Shown here: in pieces, positions 12,201 through 26,176 of the stretch
How the letters are laid out: the number at the start of each line of letters is the position of its first letter
Position numbering within the stretch: the first letter of the stretch is position 1
Assembly: GCF_006345805.1 (NCBI RefSeq)
Contig: NC_043017.1
Location: forward strand, 15,810,001 to 15,874,000
Direction of reading: 5' to 3'
DNA length: 64,000 bases
Source of the DNA: Octopus sinensis
Taxonomy: Eukaryota
Made by a program: the position numbers and the translations under genes
Notes under the pieces: model-generated
Told to the model about the DNA's origin: nothing
The model's database searches: none
The model's input: the letters and a program-made list of their open reading frames with translations, nothing else

Positions 12201-13902
12201 TGCTATAAAAAAAAGACAGGATGGTCACAACTGGAACATTACATCTACTGGACCATTGAGTGATGCAGTGCTGAGATAGAAAGAGGTGGGTTGGTCCCGT
12301 CTACTTACATCTCGAATGTCTTTGGCTCCGGACAAGTCTTGTCCACCATGGCGTTTGTACACCTCCACCATTGGTCTGTTGATGCGTTCTCGACAGGTGA
12401 GATAGGCCGTACGCTGCAAGAGAGGAGGAGTTACAGTAGAGTATAGAGAGAGAGGAGGAGGTACAGTTGCTGAACGTGACTGGAGAACATCTCCAGAGGA
12501 TGCAGAGAGGTTGGTATGGGGCTGCCAGCAATGGAAAGCACTGGTGGCCCTGGTTGGCTCTACACAAGACAACACTTATGGGACCCGGGATGAGCTCGAA
12601 GCAAGAAGAGGCAGAACGGTTGATTATAGAGAAAGAAATCTAGTAGGAACAGAGAGTGGAGAGATGTACATCGAATGTGCTTTGTGATACAACCACACCA
12701 CTACCATGCTACCACCAATACTATAGTAGAGAGAAATACCATTAAATTAGCAAATAGCTAACTATAGATTACCCCACTAAGCACCCTAACAATAGACTCC
12801 CTGTACTTGATACTGAACTTTGGTTAGAGACTGTGAACAATAGAGTGCATCTCCTCCACTCTTATTACATGAAACCTGTAACTTCAAAATATGTTGTTCA
12901 CAAGAACTCAGCTTTGTCACACAACATGAAAATTAACATACTAATAGCAGACCTAGTTAGAATAATGTGTCCCCACTATGCGAACCCTGTGAAATGAAGA
13001 AACATATACAGAACTTCATACACCGCATGCAGTTCTCTGGATATGATCAGAAAGATAGGGTTTTGTGCATACAGGGAGGTTAGAAAGAAATTAGATAACA
13101 TAATACGTAATGATACCAGTGGTACCTGCCCTAGATATAGAAACAAAGAATGGAATAGAATACAAAGAGCTTGTGACAAAGCGAACACATGGTATAAAAC
13201 CAACCAATATCAAGGAGTGATGTTTGTAGAGGCCACAGCCCATGGAGAACTAGCCCGTAGATTTAGAAAAGCTCTGAAGGAGACCAAACTCTACATTAAA
13301 ATTGTTGAAAAGCCAGGGAACTCCGTCAGATCACAACTATGTAGGACATACCCGTTTAAGAATACCATATGCACCAATGATAACTGCATGGTGTGTAGAA
13401 TTAGCCCTGGTATTAACTGTAGAACTCGAAATGTAGTTTACAGTATAAGATGCATAGAAGGTGCTTGTAAGGACATGAACATGATGTACATAGGAGAGAC
13501 GTGTAGGAGCATTGCGGAATGAATAAATGAACGTCTGAGACATTATGACGACAGAAAACAGTCCTCCATACTCTGCCAACATACCAAAGACCACCATGGA
13601 GGTAACTTGGGTCAACCTGACATCCGCATCTTATCCAAACACCCAACACTCAGACAAATACGGGAGTACGTCCTTATAAATGAAACTTACCCAATATTAA
13701 GTAGGAAATATACACAGTAAATACCATACCTCCATACCCACAGTTTACACAGGTAGAGTAGAATAGTTAGTGGACTTTTTTATGTAGATAAATGTATGTA
13801 TGTATGTGGGGGGTGAGTGTGTGTGTATGCCTTTTTTATCATTATTATTTCTTGTTTTTTTTTGTTAAATATTTTATATTTTTTATTTTATTATATATAT
13901 AT

Positions 13903-13934
<32 letters not shown>

Positions 13935-16900
13935 ATAGTTATCGCCATACTAATATGGCAGTCTATAAATATATTTTCTGTATGTAAGCATTTCTAAATG
14001 CTTACATACATATGTAAATAAACAGATCAACATACAGACGGATAGGTGCATAGGTTACAAGAACAGACACATATGGAGACACGGATCCACACACATAAAG
14101 ATGCACATCCATCCATACAAACATGGTACATCGTTACATAACACACACAGATATGCACACACAAGGAGACAGAGGTGCATACATATACAAACACATGCTC
14201 ACACACACATACATAGAAAATACACAAACATGGACAGGCAAGCACATAAATATGCAGGATACATACATACACATGCACACACACACACATAATCACATAT
14301 ATACATACACATGCAAACACACACACATACATACGTACATGTATGCATGTATAAGCACACACACACACACACACTGACCCACACACATGCGCACAAACAA
14401 ACAAAATGGAACGCAGTGTAAATAACGGACAGAGTCAAAACTATTGAAAAAGTTGCAAGATGCAACGAAAATTTTAGGAAAATAAAAATAAGAAATAAGT
14501 GGAAATTTTACCGGTGAGTGTGTTAAATAAGAAGGCAGAAAAAGAAAATGACTCTCCCCAGACACAACAGAATATGCTTCAACACACCAACTCATATAAA
14601 GAATCTTGCAAACCAAATCTAAAAACGAAATACCATTAAATTATTCTTTGACAATTCGGTTTTGTCTGACAAAATGTTGGCCATTTGTAGTGACTTCCTG
14701 TTTTCACCATTATGTATGGACAGTTGTTGCTGAAAGAGAGAGTCAGAGAGGGCAACAGTTAATGCAAGTGGGGTAACAAAACTGGGTGAATATATTGGCA
14801 GTCGTTGGTGAAATACAGATGTGGGTTAACATTAATAATGGGCTAACAGAAAAGCAAGTGAAATGTTAGGGTAAACAGTTAATACCAGGGTATACATAAA
14901 ATAATAGGATGGTAGATTAAAATTTAATACTGGATTAGATATACGGACAGTCGTGCATGAGACGGGCTAACATTTAAGACCAGGTGGGATGCTTAGGGAC
15001 ATGAATATTATTTTGAATGATATCATTAACCACCAGGGCCCCACTTTTTTTTTTTTCAAGGTCTCTAAAAGTGTTGTTAAATGGAAGAAGATTAGAGACC
15101 TGTTGATGTCAATGATGATGATGATGATGATGATGATGACACAAAAACTCTGCCAACTCACCAATAAATTATTTGTTTCGTTCAGTTTTTTACTCAACCC
15201 TTTATTCACTGACAGATGAGCAGCATCTTTCAGGCTCCTCATCTTCTTAATTGCGTTCTCAGCTTCCTCACGGTTCTTACAAGACATCTTCATTGCATCC
15301 CTTGCCTCTCGCAATGAAATCTCAACTTCAGGAGTCTTTACCTCAGCCAATTCAATTGGATTCGGCTGGATTGCCCCCAGTTTAGCATTTGCTGTCTGAG
15401 GCCGCGGCTTCTCCTGCCACAATTTCTGAAAATGGATGCTGGCCACAGATTCATTGGTCAACTCCATGACACGACCTCGCTCCTTTAGGGTAGCTTTTAG
15501 ATTTTTTCGAGCATTTTGAAGAACCTGAAATATAAGGATAGATGGAGAAATATGAGGGGTAGATGGAAGAATATAAGGAAAAGTACAAGAGGGAGAAATA
15601 TGAGGCTGAACAGAGATTGGCAAAATGAAGTTCTTGACTTTGCATTGTCACGTTTCTATTTATTTCAATTAATTTTAATAATAATAAAGAATTTAGTAAA
15701 ATAATTTTGTTTTTATTAAACAGGTGTTTGGAACATAAATTAACATAAAATTTTGATGGAAGGTTTTTAATTCAAATCACTTTAAAACATGAAGTTTGTA
15801 TCATAGATTCAAGGGTGATGGTCTCGGGTGGATTAGAAAGAAAAGGATTTAGAGACAAAGGTGGGTAGAATATCACCATAATACACGAGAAAAAGAAAAT
15901 GACACTGTTGGTTACGGCGATGATCAATGCTATTGATCCGATCAAAAGAACAACCTGCTCACGAAATTAACAAGTGGCTGAGTACTCCACAGACATATGT
16001 ACTCCTTAACGTAGTTCTCAGGAAGATTCAGTGTGACTTTGAAATACAGGTGTAACTCCTTTTCGCCAGCTGGAGCAATGTGGAATAGAGTGTCTTGCCC
16101 AAGGACACCACATGCCTCTTGGAACTGAACCCACGACCTTACAATTGTGAGCCAGATATTCTGATGACTAAGCCACATATCGGCACTAAAAAAAAAAAAA
16201 GGATGAGACACTAGAATACCACTGCAACACAATCACTACGCTACCACTGAACTATGACACAACCACTGCAACCACTTGAATTAAATTAACACAAAAAGGG
16301 GGAATAAAATTGCAAATTACTTGGAGACCATCTTGGACAATGTGTAGTTGGACTTCCAGAACTTTCTTGGAATTTACCAAATGTTTCATCTCAGCACAAA
16401 GTAAATCATCAGCTCCATCTCTGTCCTGCAATAGAGAATGGCATGGATGGATTGACACATTATTGATTACACACCACACTCTACACATACACACTCAAAT
16501 GTGTGTGTATACTACGGGTTTTTTTTCTTTTTTGCATATCATACATGTACAAGGCATTTAGAGTTTATTGATGGAAAGAGAAAACTGCCCAGAGGAGATT
16601 CTGCGTTTGAGTGGAACTTACCTTCCACTGGACTCCACATTTGGAAAACATTGCCGAATATATAGAAAAGGAAAAATTATTTTTAAAAACTGAACAATTT
16701 ATGAACCAACTTTTCCCATTTTGGGTACTACTTGAAAAGAGTGGTCCCGGTGCGTGCATCCGCGCTAGCTAGTCATGACTAGTCGATCCTACAACGGCTA
16801 CCTAGCAAAGTAAATAAAACACAAAATAAATAATTTGGATCTTTTCCTTTTGAACGGCAGTTTGCAACACAATTTCTAGTTAACTAAACACTTTTAAACT

Positions 16901-19900
16901 TTGTATATTGGTAGAATGTGTTTATAAAACATCATTTTTTCTTGGCTTTATTGAGAAAATTCTATAGTTTGTAAGATATTTCCACTTTAATTTCAAGCAT
17001 TTCGGCAATTTTAACCAATCGTGCCGTATGAATATGTCCCTCCTTTAAGAAACAGATTAGGTTTATTTACATTTGTGAAGAAAAAAAGATATCCTTCCCC
17101 CACCCCTAAAACAGATTGAAATGCAATAGATCGATACTAGGGTTATAATTATGGGTGACAATTTCATACGACACCGTTACGGAAAATGGGATTTTTTCTA
17201 GCGGTGTCAAATGAAAATATCACCCATAATTATAACCCTAGTATCGATCTATTGCATTTCAATCTATTTTAAATTTAGGGTTAGATTTAGGGGTGGGGGA
17301 AGGGTATCTTTTTTTCTTCACAAATGTAAATAAACCCAATCTGTTTCTTAAAGGAGGGACATATTCATTATGCACAGAATGTTGTTTACCTCAATGGACT
17401 CCAGCGATTGGTTAAAATTGCTGAAATGCTTGAAATTAAAGTGGAAATATCTTACAAACTATAGAATTTTCTCAATAAAACCAAGAAAAAATGATGTTTT
17501 CTTTTGACACATTCTACCAGTATACGAAGTTTAAAAGCGTTTAGTTAACTAGAAATTGTGTTGAAAACTGCCGTTCAAAAGGAAAAGATCCAATAATTTT
17601 TTTACACAAAATAAATATTTTTTTAAAACAAAGTAAATAAAACACAAAGTAAGGATCGACTAGTCACGACTAGCTAGCGGGGATGCGCGAGTGCGCGCAC
17701 CGGGACCACTCTTCTTAAGTAGTGCCCAATTTTGTTTGTACGTATAAATATTGCCATGGAATAAGTGTTTTCTTGGTTTCAGTGAGAGGCTGTGGTCATG
17801 CTTCAGCATAGCCAGAGACACAAGGAGAAAGCTCCCTCCCAGCCTCCACATCATTTCTTTAACCGACATTTGCCAAATTCTTTCTGACGGAAGAGAAAAT
17901 TTCGAAGACACTCACAGAGTCAGGGGAGATAACCGCAATAAATGAAGTTATGTCCCCTTACATAACTCCACTCTTCGTCAAACGTACACACACGCACGCG
18001 CGCGCGCTTTTTGGTGACGTCTTACAAGACACAGGACGAAGGTTCGAATCTAAGTAAAGATAAGAAACAGCTAACTTTGAGTGACACCTAGTGGTTGTTT
18101 TATTAAATGTCAGGCAAACCGGCAGAGGTAAAGATCATGGACCTTAGCGATTTTGGGGGGTTTTTTTGTCTTTTTTATAGGAACCCATTATATCGAGGGA
18201 GGAGATTCCGATTCTGCAAAAATATCTACAATTCAAAATTTAGATACCCAACAACCCACCTCCCTAAATTTCTTTAATTTTCACTTTTATAAAATTTGTG
18301 GGGCAAAATACAGAGAAAAATACGGAGATTATGATTCTGGAAAAAAAATTCTGTAAAATTTCAATTTTTCAAAAACAAAACGAAAAAATAAAATAAACAA
18401 CCCTCGTCCCCTCCGCCCGAGGACAAGAAGTGAAATGCTTCATGAAGAACATAACCCAACATGTTGTAGTTGAGGGTCTTTGGGAAATTTTTTGCACACA
18501 CACACACACACACACACACACAACAAAATGACAATTTTTTTTCTCTTTGGTAATTCGTATTTAGAAAGTTGATCATCGGTTTGGCTGTTGTTTCTAGCTT
18601 GTCAGATTTCCGGTTGGGGCGGATTTAAATTTTGAAATTTTTTCTTCTTTGGTAATTCGTATTAAAATTTTAAAAACGTGTCTCTGACATGTCCGGTTTC
18701 CCGTTCAGATACTTTTTCCCTCTCCTATTTTATAATTCCATGAATGTGTGAAACATTAGAAGAGAAAAGAATTTAATTCCACTTCGTGTCATTGGACGGA
18801 GGGGAGAGTGGGGGGATGTGTGAAAAATTGAAATTTTACCTTTTTTTTCTTTAGTATTTCTTTTGTATTTTTCTACATATTTTTCTATGCATTTTGCCCC
18901 CCCAAAATTTTTTAAAAATTGAAAATTTAAGAAATTAATGTGGTGGAGGTGAAGGGGAGGCGTTTAAATTTTGAAATGCAGATTTTTTTTCAGATCCGGA
19001 ATCTCCACCCTTAATATAGTGTATTCATGTAAAAATAAAACACCCCAAAAATCCCAAAGTTGGTGCGGTCCATGATCTTTACCACCACCAGAAAACCTAG
19101 AGGACATGGAGTCCCTACAAGGTAAGTCACCTTGTTAGAAATAACAGCAAAATCAACCACAAATCATCGTCTTTAAAAATGTAAAATCTGGTCAGGGGAA
19201 GAGAAACAGGGCCCTCAACACCAATTCACGAGAGGAGGAAAGGATAAGGCAGAGTTAATTAAAGTTAAATGCAAACAAGAAGGGGCGGTCATGGCTGGAA
19301 CATCTTTCCTCAAGGCTGATTTAAAGCAACGCAACAAGTGGTTTGTTTACAAATGAAACTAATTCTGCTAGTTACGGAGTGGTGGTCATGGTTGGTAACA
19401 ACTTCAACTTCTGCTAAAGCGTTTATGTGTTTTTGGTGTTTTGTGAGAGAGAGCAAACATCTGGTGCACCCGAGTGGTGCACCCGAAGTGCTTTTGTTGA
19501 AACAGGATTCACGGGTGAATGGAGATTTGTTTGGCTTTAAACACTTTACTCAGATTACAATCAAATAATCCAATAATCCACGCCCGGAATAACAAACGTT
19601 CTGAGAGATTGGCCTTCAATGATAGACTGTAGGTAGTGGAACAGGGGTGAAATGAGGGTAGATAGACAAGTGGTCCACTCTGTTGTCACCCAATTTGACC
19701 CCAACACCTGGTCCTTGGGCATCTTTAGCTGGGTCCACTCAGCTGCAGACATTCGAGTTAAATTTCTGCTGTGAGAAACCCTTCTTCCCACCCTCACCTC
19801 ACCAACAGTCTTCCAACCCCCAACCCCACCCCCACCCCACACCCCACCTGCTGTTCCTCGTCTGATTAATATGCAAGAAATGAAAAAAATCTCTCCACTA

Positions 19901-20450
19901 CATTAAGCGCCACCCCCTCCCCCGCCTTCTGCATCCTGCATTGTGTCTACGTCAACCAAGTCAGCTATAAAATATTCTCCAGTCAAATCACCTGAAATAC
20001 CAGGATTAAGTTGACCTTCTTCTTCTTTTTTTTTTCCTTTGTGACTAAACAATTCTTGGTATTTGAGAAATATTTCCTTTTCTATGTTTTTTTTCTTTGC
20101 ATTTATTTCAAGTTTATAAGAAAAAAATGTCTAAAATGATTTCAAAATTAATCGAGCATGAATTTTGCAACAACCATGACAACCTAACATGTTCAGATAC
20201 TCGTTTGTGTAATAACAAACAACAATAATAATAATAATAATACCAAGTGTGGCTAATGCCAGTGCCACCTGACTGGCGCCCGTGCCAGTGGCACGTAAAA
20301 AGCACCCATTACACGCTCAGAGTGGTTGGCGTTAGGAAGGGCATCCGGCTGTAGAAACCTTGCCAGATCAGATTGGAGCCTCCTGGTTTGCCAGCCCTTC
20401 GTCAAACTGTCCAACCCATGCCAGCATGGAAAGCAGACGTTAAATGACAA

Positions 20451-20483
<33 letters not shown>

Positions 20484-20829
20484 GTTTCAAATTTTACCAC
20501 AAAGGCAGCAGCTTTTGGGGAGGGGAAGAGTTGATTACACGATTCAGAAATGCACACCTGCCAAAGACACAGGATATGCAAACACACACAGATATACATA
20601 TGCCCATACATGTACACATCATTATTGAAAAACTTTTCTGTGTAAAACCTGAAGACACAAATAAACAGAGAATCCATATTCAAAATCTGGTTATGTTGGG
20701 ATTTTTATGACAGTTACAAAAATACACACACACAGACAATGATTTTCATGATGCTAAGCATATACAGTCATGTATACACACACACACACACATATAAAGA
20801 GAGAGAGAGAGGAGAGAGAAATGGCCAGG

Positions 20830-20877
<48 letters not shown>

Positions 20878-20892
20878 CATATATACATATAT

Positions 20893-20947
<55 letters not shown>

Positions 20948-21301
20948 GAGAGAAGAGGTGGAGAGGGCAGATGTAGCAGTGTGCCTTTTTGGTTAAGTAT
21001 TGCTATCCAGCCACATACATTTGGGTTCAATCCCAGTGTGTGGCACTTCAAATATATGTGTCTTCTACTATAGCCATAGGCTAACCAAAACCCTCATGTA
21101 GCTTTGGCATTTGCCATAATTGATCACTAACCACTAAACCTTTTCTATTTTCTCTCCCTGTTTATTTCCTCATATTCCTTTCTGCTGAAGAGCATAGGCT
21201 CAAAATGTAAAACACTTTCTCACTTCCCGAGCATTAAACATCTTTTGTTGTTTACACACCCATCTTTGTCTTTTGTTTTTTTGTAAATTCTCACTATATA
21301 C

Positions 21302-21347
<46 letters not shown>

Positions 21348-24300
21348 ACGATGGACTTTTTTCAGTTTCTATCTATGAAATCCACTCATTAGGCTTTGGT
21401 CAGCCCAGGGTTATAGTAGAAGACACTTGCCCAAAGTGCCATGGAGTGGAACTGAACCAGGAACCATGTGGTTGAGAGGCAAACTTCCTACCACACAGCC
21501 ACGCCTGGTTTATATGTTTTTCTTTTCTTTTTCGTTTTTTGTTGTTGTTTCCAGTCTGTCAAAAGATGAACAATGAGAACTTTTCTAATTTTAAAATGAA
21601 ATAAAAATAAAAAGAAAGAAGAAAAATTGAGAAAAAACAAAACAAAAAGATTTGACATCCTGACTTAGCATCAGCAGCCTTACCGTCCTAATTAGTCAGT
21701 GTGGATTGTCATGTATGGACTGTCCTGTGTGAATGAGGGAACAAACAGGATATACTAGTCTACTTCGCTGGTGGGTGACCTTTTGGAGTTTGTCAGGTAC
21801 TGGAGGGGGGAGGGATTGGTGCAATCGCTATGGCGACAGAAAACTGCAACAATAATGCTGCTGCCAAGAATGGAAATTATGCATCATCATTATTTGATGG
21901 CAAATAAATGAAATTATTATTATTATTATTTATTACTTTCCTCTTTGGCCCAGGCCTCATCAACTTTTTCAAGTTTCACTTGAAAAGGAAGGTGAGAGTA
22001 GAGAGGGAAGTGATGTCTGGTAGCAAGTTTATTGAGTGGTGGGCGAATGTCGCAAGATTGGCCAGTGTGAAAGGACCAATTCTGAGGATACACCTGTGAA
22101 AAATTAAAAGAAAATATAAAAGGAGAAAGGGGCTCTCTACCCCCCTTTTGACCAGGCTCCCGTGGCTTTTATGGGTTTTTCCACGAGTAACCTTTTGAAG
22201 CGCCTCCCCCTATTGGGAGTTTTAGTTGTTACTTACTTTTCGTTGTCATCCTGTTTTTGTTCACGGACCTTTTTCAAACGGACAAAACCCTTTGCAACTT
22301 TCGTCCTGTGTTTTGTCCCTTTATGTTTTAAATGATTTTTGTTAGCCCTTGTGGCCAATAAACGAACGAATTATTATTATTATTATTATAAGGTGGCGAG
22401 CTGTCAGAACCGTTAGCACACCAGGCAAAATGCTTAGCGGCATTTCTCCTGTCAGAATGTTCTGAGTTCAAATTCTGCTGAGGTCAACTTTGCCTTTCAT
22501 CCTTTCAGGGTCAATAAATTGACCCTGAAATACTGGTGTCGATGTAATCAAATAGTCCCCTCCCTCAAAATTTCAGGCCTTGTGCCTATGGTAGAAAGGA
22601 TTATTATTATTATTATTGAGAAAGCAGCACATGCCATCAAAGTGACACTGGGGTACAAATATACGAAGCCCAGTATACCCATCATGACTACCCGTCTGAT
22701 AAGGGTACACCAGGCACATGCATCACAACCATATGTGCGCGACATGGTGATCTCATATCAAAATAAACAGCACATGACTTTGCAGGTGGGGCCCAGTTAG
22801 AATTTTCTTCTGGTCGAGTAGCCCATCCTGCTCAAAAGGTCCCTGAATAAGGGTTGTCTAAGGATGTTGAACGAACCACCCATGTTTCCAAAGGTAAATT
22901 ATCCAAACCGCTAAGAATTCCTTTCAACACACAGCTATGATGCTCCCCCACTACTTCTGCTCGTGATCAGAGATGCACATATCATCAGCCACTAAGGGAC
23001 ATAATCAACTGGTTAAGGTCAAACAACTGACAAGCAAATCTGTGGTATTGAGCAGAATATTTGCTGTAGCCCATCCTTTATACCAAGACAAAACAATGTA
23101 CATGATAACACTTCCAATCAGTTAAGATCAGAAGCCATGAGAGCCACTGCCTGGTACTGCGCCAGAGCATTTATTATTATTCGTAGTAGTAGTAGTAGTA
23201 GTAATAGTAGTAGTAGTAGTAGTAGTAGTAGTAGAAGGTGTAGGAGGGGAGGCGGGCTGTGAATTGGCAGAATCCGGTGGAGCATCCTGTCGTGTTTGTT
23301 CCAGTTCTTTATATTCTGAGTTTAAATGTGACCCAAGTCAACATTATTGCCCATCGGTGGGCAATAAAACAAAGTACCAGTTAAATGCTGGGGGTGAATG
23401 CAATCGACTTACCCCCCTCCCCACACAAAATTGCTGGTCTTGTGCCTTAAATAAAAAAGCAAAATTTATTTCTCAGCTTTTGATGCTGTTTAACCCCAGG
23501 TCACCCTCCATCCAGTGACCACTTTTGATAAAAGACATTCCAATGATGAGCAGCTTGTGTTTTTTTTTCCTTTTAATTTGATTTTTTATTATTATTATTA
23601 TTATATCTGGGAGTACAACTTTGATTAATGTGTCCTTCCTTTTTGAAAGACGGTAAAGTACAACTGATGGGAATTTAGCTGTGAAAAAGGAAATGGATAA
23701 TTCAAATCTATGTAGGAGGAGGGAGGGAGGAAGTCATCAGAGGACAGTGGTGGTGGCGGTGGAGTTGATTGTTGTTGTTGTTGTCGTCATTATTGCAGTG
23801 GTTGGTGGTGGTGGTGGTGGTATCATTGTGTTGATTGCAGTGGAGGTGCTGCTGCTGCTAGTGCTGCTGTTGCTGTTGAGTGAAGCAGTCTTCGTCCCAG
23901 AGCTCGCAAGATGGGAGAAGTCTGAAACGTGGTCCTTTGCTATTTGTAAGACCCTCAGAAGAGAAAGCAGGTCAACCCCCGACACCGAGAGCATCCACGG
24001 ATGGATGAATGTGCATCCAGGCTCAGCGGTTGCGTAGGAAGTCAGGGACAAAAAACAGGAAGAAAGAGTGAGAGAAAGTTGGGGCGAAAGAGTACAACAG
24101 GGGTCACCACCACCCCCTGCCGGAGCCTCATGGAGCTTTAGGTGTTTTCGCTCAATAAACACACACAACGCCCAGTCTGGGAATTGAAACCGCGATCCTC
24201 CAACCGCGAGTCCGCTGCCCTAACCACTGGGCCATTGCACCTCCTGCTGCTGCTCAGGGTGGTGTTAATAATAATCCCTGCCCTCGGAGATATATTTCCA

Positions 24301-26122
24301 CACAACTACTGTGTTTATCCATTGATTAGTTTCGAGAAGTGGGGGACAGAGCCCCACAAATTCCTGCATCTTCCCTACACCTTGTTTGATAAAGTAGGGC
24401 AAATGTATGGATTATAATTGATAATGTCAACTAATCATGGGAGTAATTAATCATCTGTGAGGAAGGGTGGGCATGGATGGAATCAGGAAGACTGTGTACT
24501 TAAAAAGTCACATCACAGCTACCTTGCCCTGAGTTTGATCCCACTATCTGGCACTTTACACAAGTGTCTTCTACCTTAACCTTGGGCTGACTAATAAAAT
24601 TTAATAGACAGAAATTCTTTGGAAACCTGTTATTCTGTGTGCTTGTCCTCCTTCCAGCACTTGACAGCCAGTGTTGGTGTGTTTATATCCATGTAACTTA
24701 GCAGTTCAGCTATAGAGTCCAAGAAAATAATTACCAGGCTTTAAAAAAAAATGTACTGGGTTGATTTGTTTGACTAAAGACTCTTGAAGGCAGTGCTCCA
24801 GCATGGCCACAGCCTAATGACTGAAACAAGTAGCAAGATAGAATATCAAAGAGATATTGATTATCCCAACTGACCTAATTGGGATGTGTCATTAAAAGCA
24901 CCACAGCACGGTGGTCAGTGTCTCGAGAGATTCTCTTGGGAGATGAAATTCCATCAACACCAGCAGATGTCACTGTTGTATCACACGGTACCACCCTGAA
25001 CTGCAGATCATCACCAACAGATCGTCAACCACCAAATGCCAGATAGAAAATTCAGTCAAACCACAAATAAATATTTTATTTATCCACAGACAACCAGCTT
25101 TACGGGTCATCACTGTCTGTTTAGCCAGTGTTAAAGTAGACAACTGTGCTGGCCATGTGATGTGTATGGATGAGGGCAGCTGTGTAAAGAAGTGCTGATC
25201 TCTGTGGAGGGAACCCTGTAGTAGAGGTAGACCCAAGAAGAGGTGGTGAAACATGATCTTTGGATTTTGAGTCTCATAGAGGCAAATGATGAGTGACCGA
25301 GACCTTTGGCAATAGGCTTGAGAAGACCAATCAAGCCAAGTGAAATTGTAGTCACGGCTGATGCTGGGGTCACCTAACTGGCACTTGTGCCAGTGGAATG
25401 TGAAAGGCACCTTCTGAGCATTGGATCTCACGGAGGCAAAGTGGACAATGTCAGTGGGACATGACTGTTAGGCCTCATGGAGGCAATGACAAATGACAAA
25501 GGCTTGACATATATATATGCATGTGTGTGTGTGTGATGTATATAAATCTATGTATGCAGGGGGCTCTCTAATTGATTCACTGAGTTCTGTGACATCTGCA
25601 ATTACCAGACCAAAATCTTTCAGAGAGGCTGAGAATCAACAACAACAACAGCAACAACAACAACACCTGATGTTTGTGACATGATGTATAATGTTGCTGT
25701 TGTTGTTTAATGCAGGATCACGTCTGATCCAGCACCTATGATCAAGATCAATCCACCCATGACCATCCCATCTCTTTAGAGTTTTATCTAAGACAACATC
25801 ATTTAACATGTCCATCCCAGTTTGTGATATGTAGGAGGTATAGCTGCTATTTCTAACAAGTGGATCATCGACCTCTTTTCTACCTTGTGTACTTTTGTGC
25901 CGTTCAAGGCCTTATCTCTTGTCTTTCTACTTTTTTTTATCTTCTACACCAGTTACTGTGTGTATATGTGCAGTCATGGGTATATATGCATGTACAAACA
26001 GGTCTGTACATAAGGGCAAGTATGAGCAAGCATGCACACACACACACACACACACACACAAAGCAAACACATGCACAGTAAACTACACACAAACATACAC
26101 ACACACACGTGTGTGTGTGTGT

Positions 26123-26176
<54 letters not shown>

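Noticed and set aside
14967-15623. Stand-alone 218-aa gene
   Set aside because: Only 15162-15524 is exon 3 of CCDC105. The flanks are intronic read-through, including an (ATC)n tract.
19561-19842. Additional CCDC105 exon in intron 1
   Set aside because: Exons 1 and 2 already join in frame with no homology gap, and no translation here resembles the family.
23737-24168. 143-aa minus ORF and 118-aa plus ORF
   Set aside because: They are composed of a SINE body plus trinucleotide repeats.
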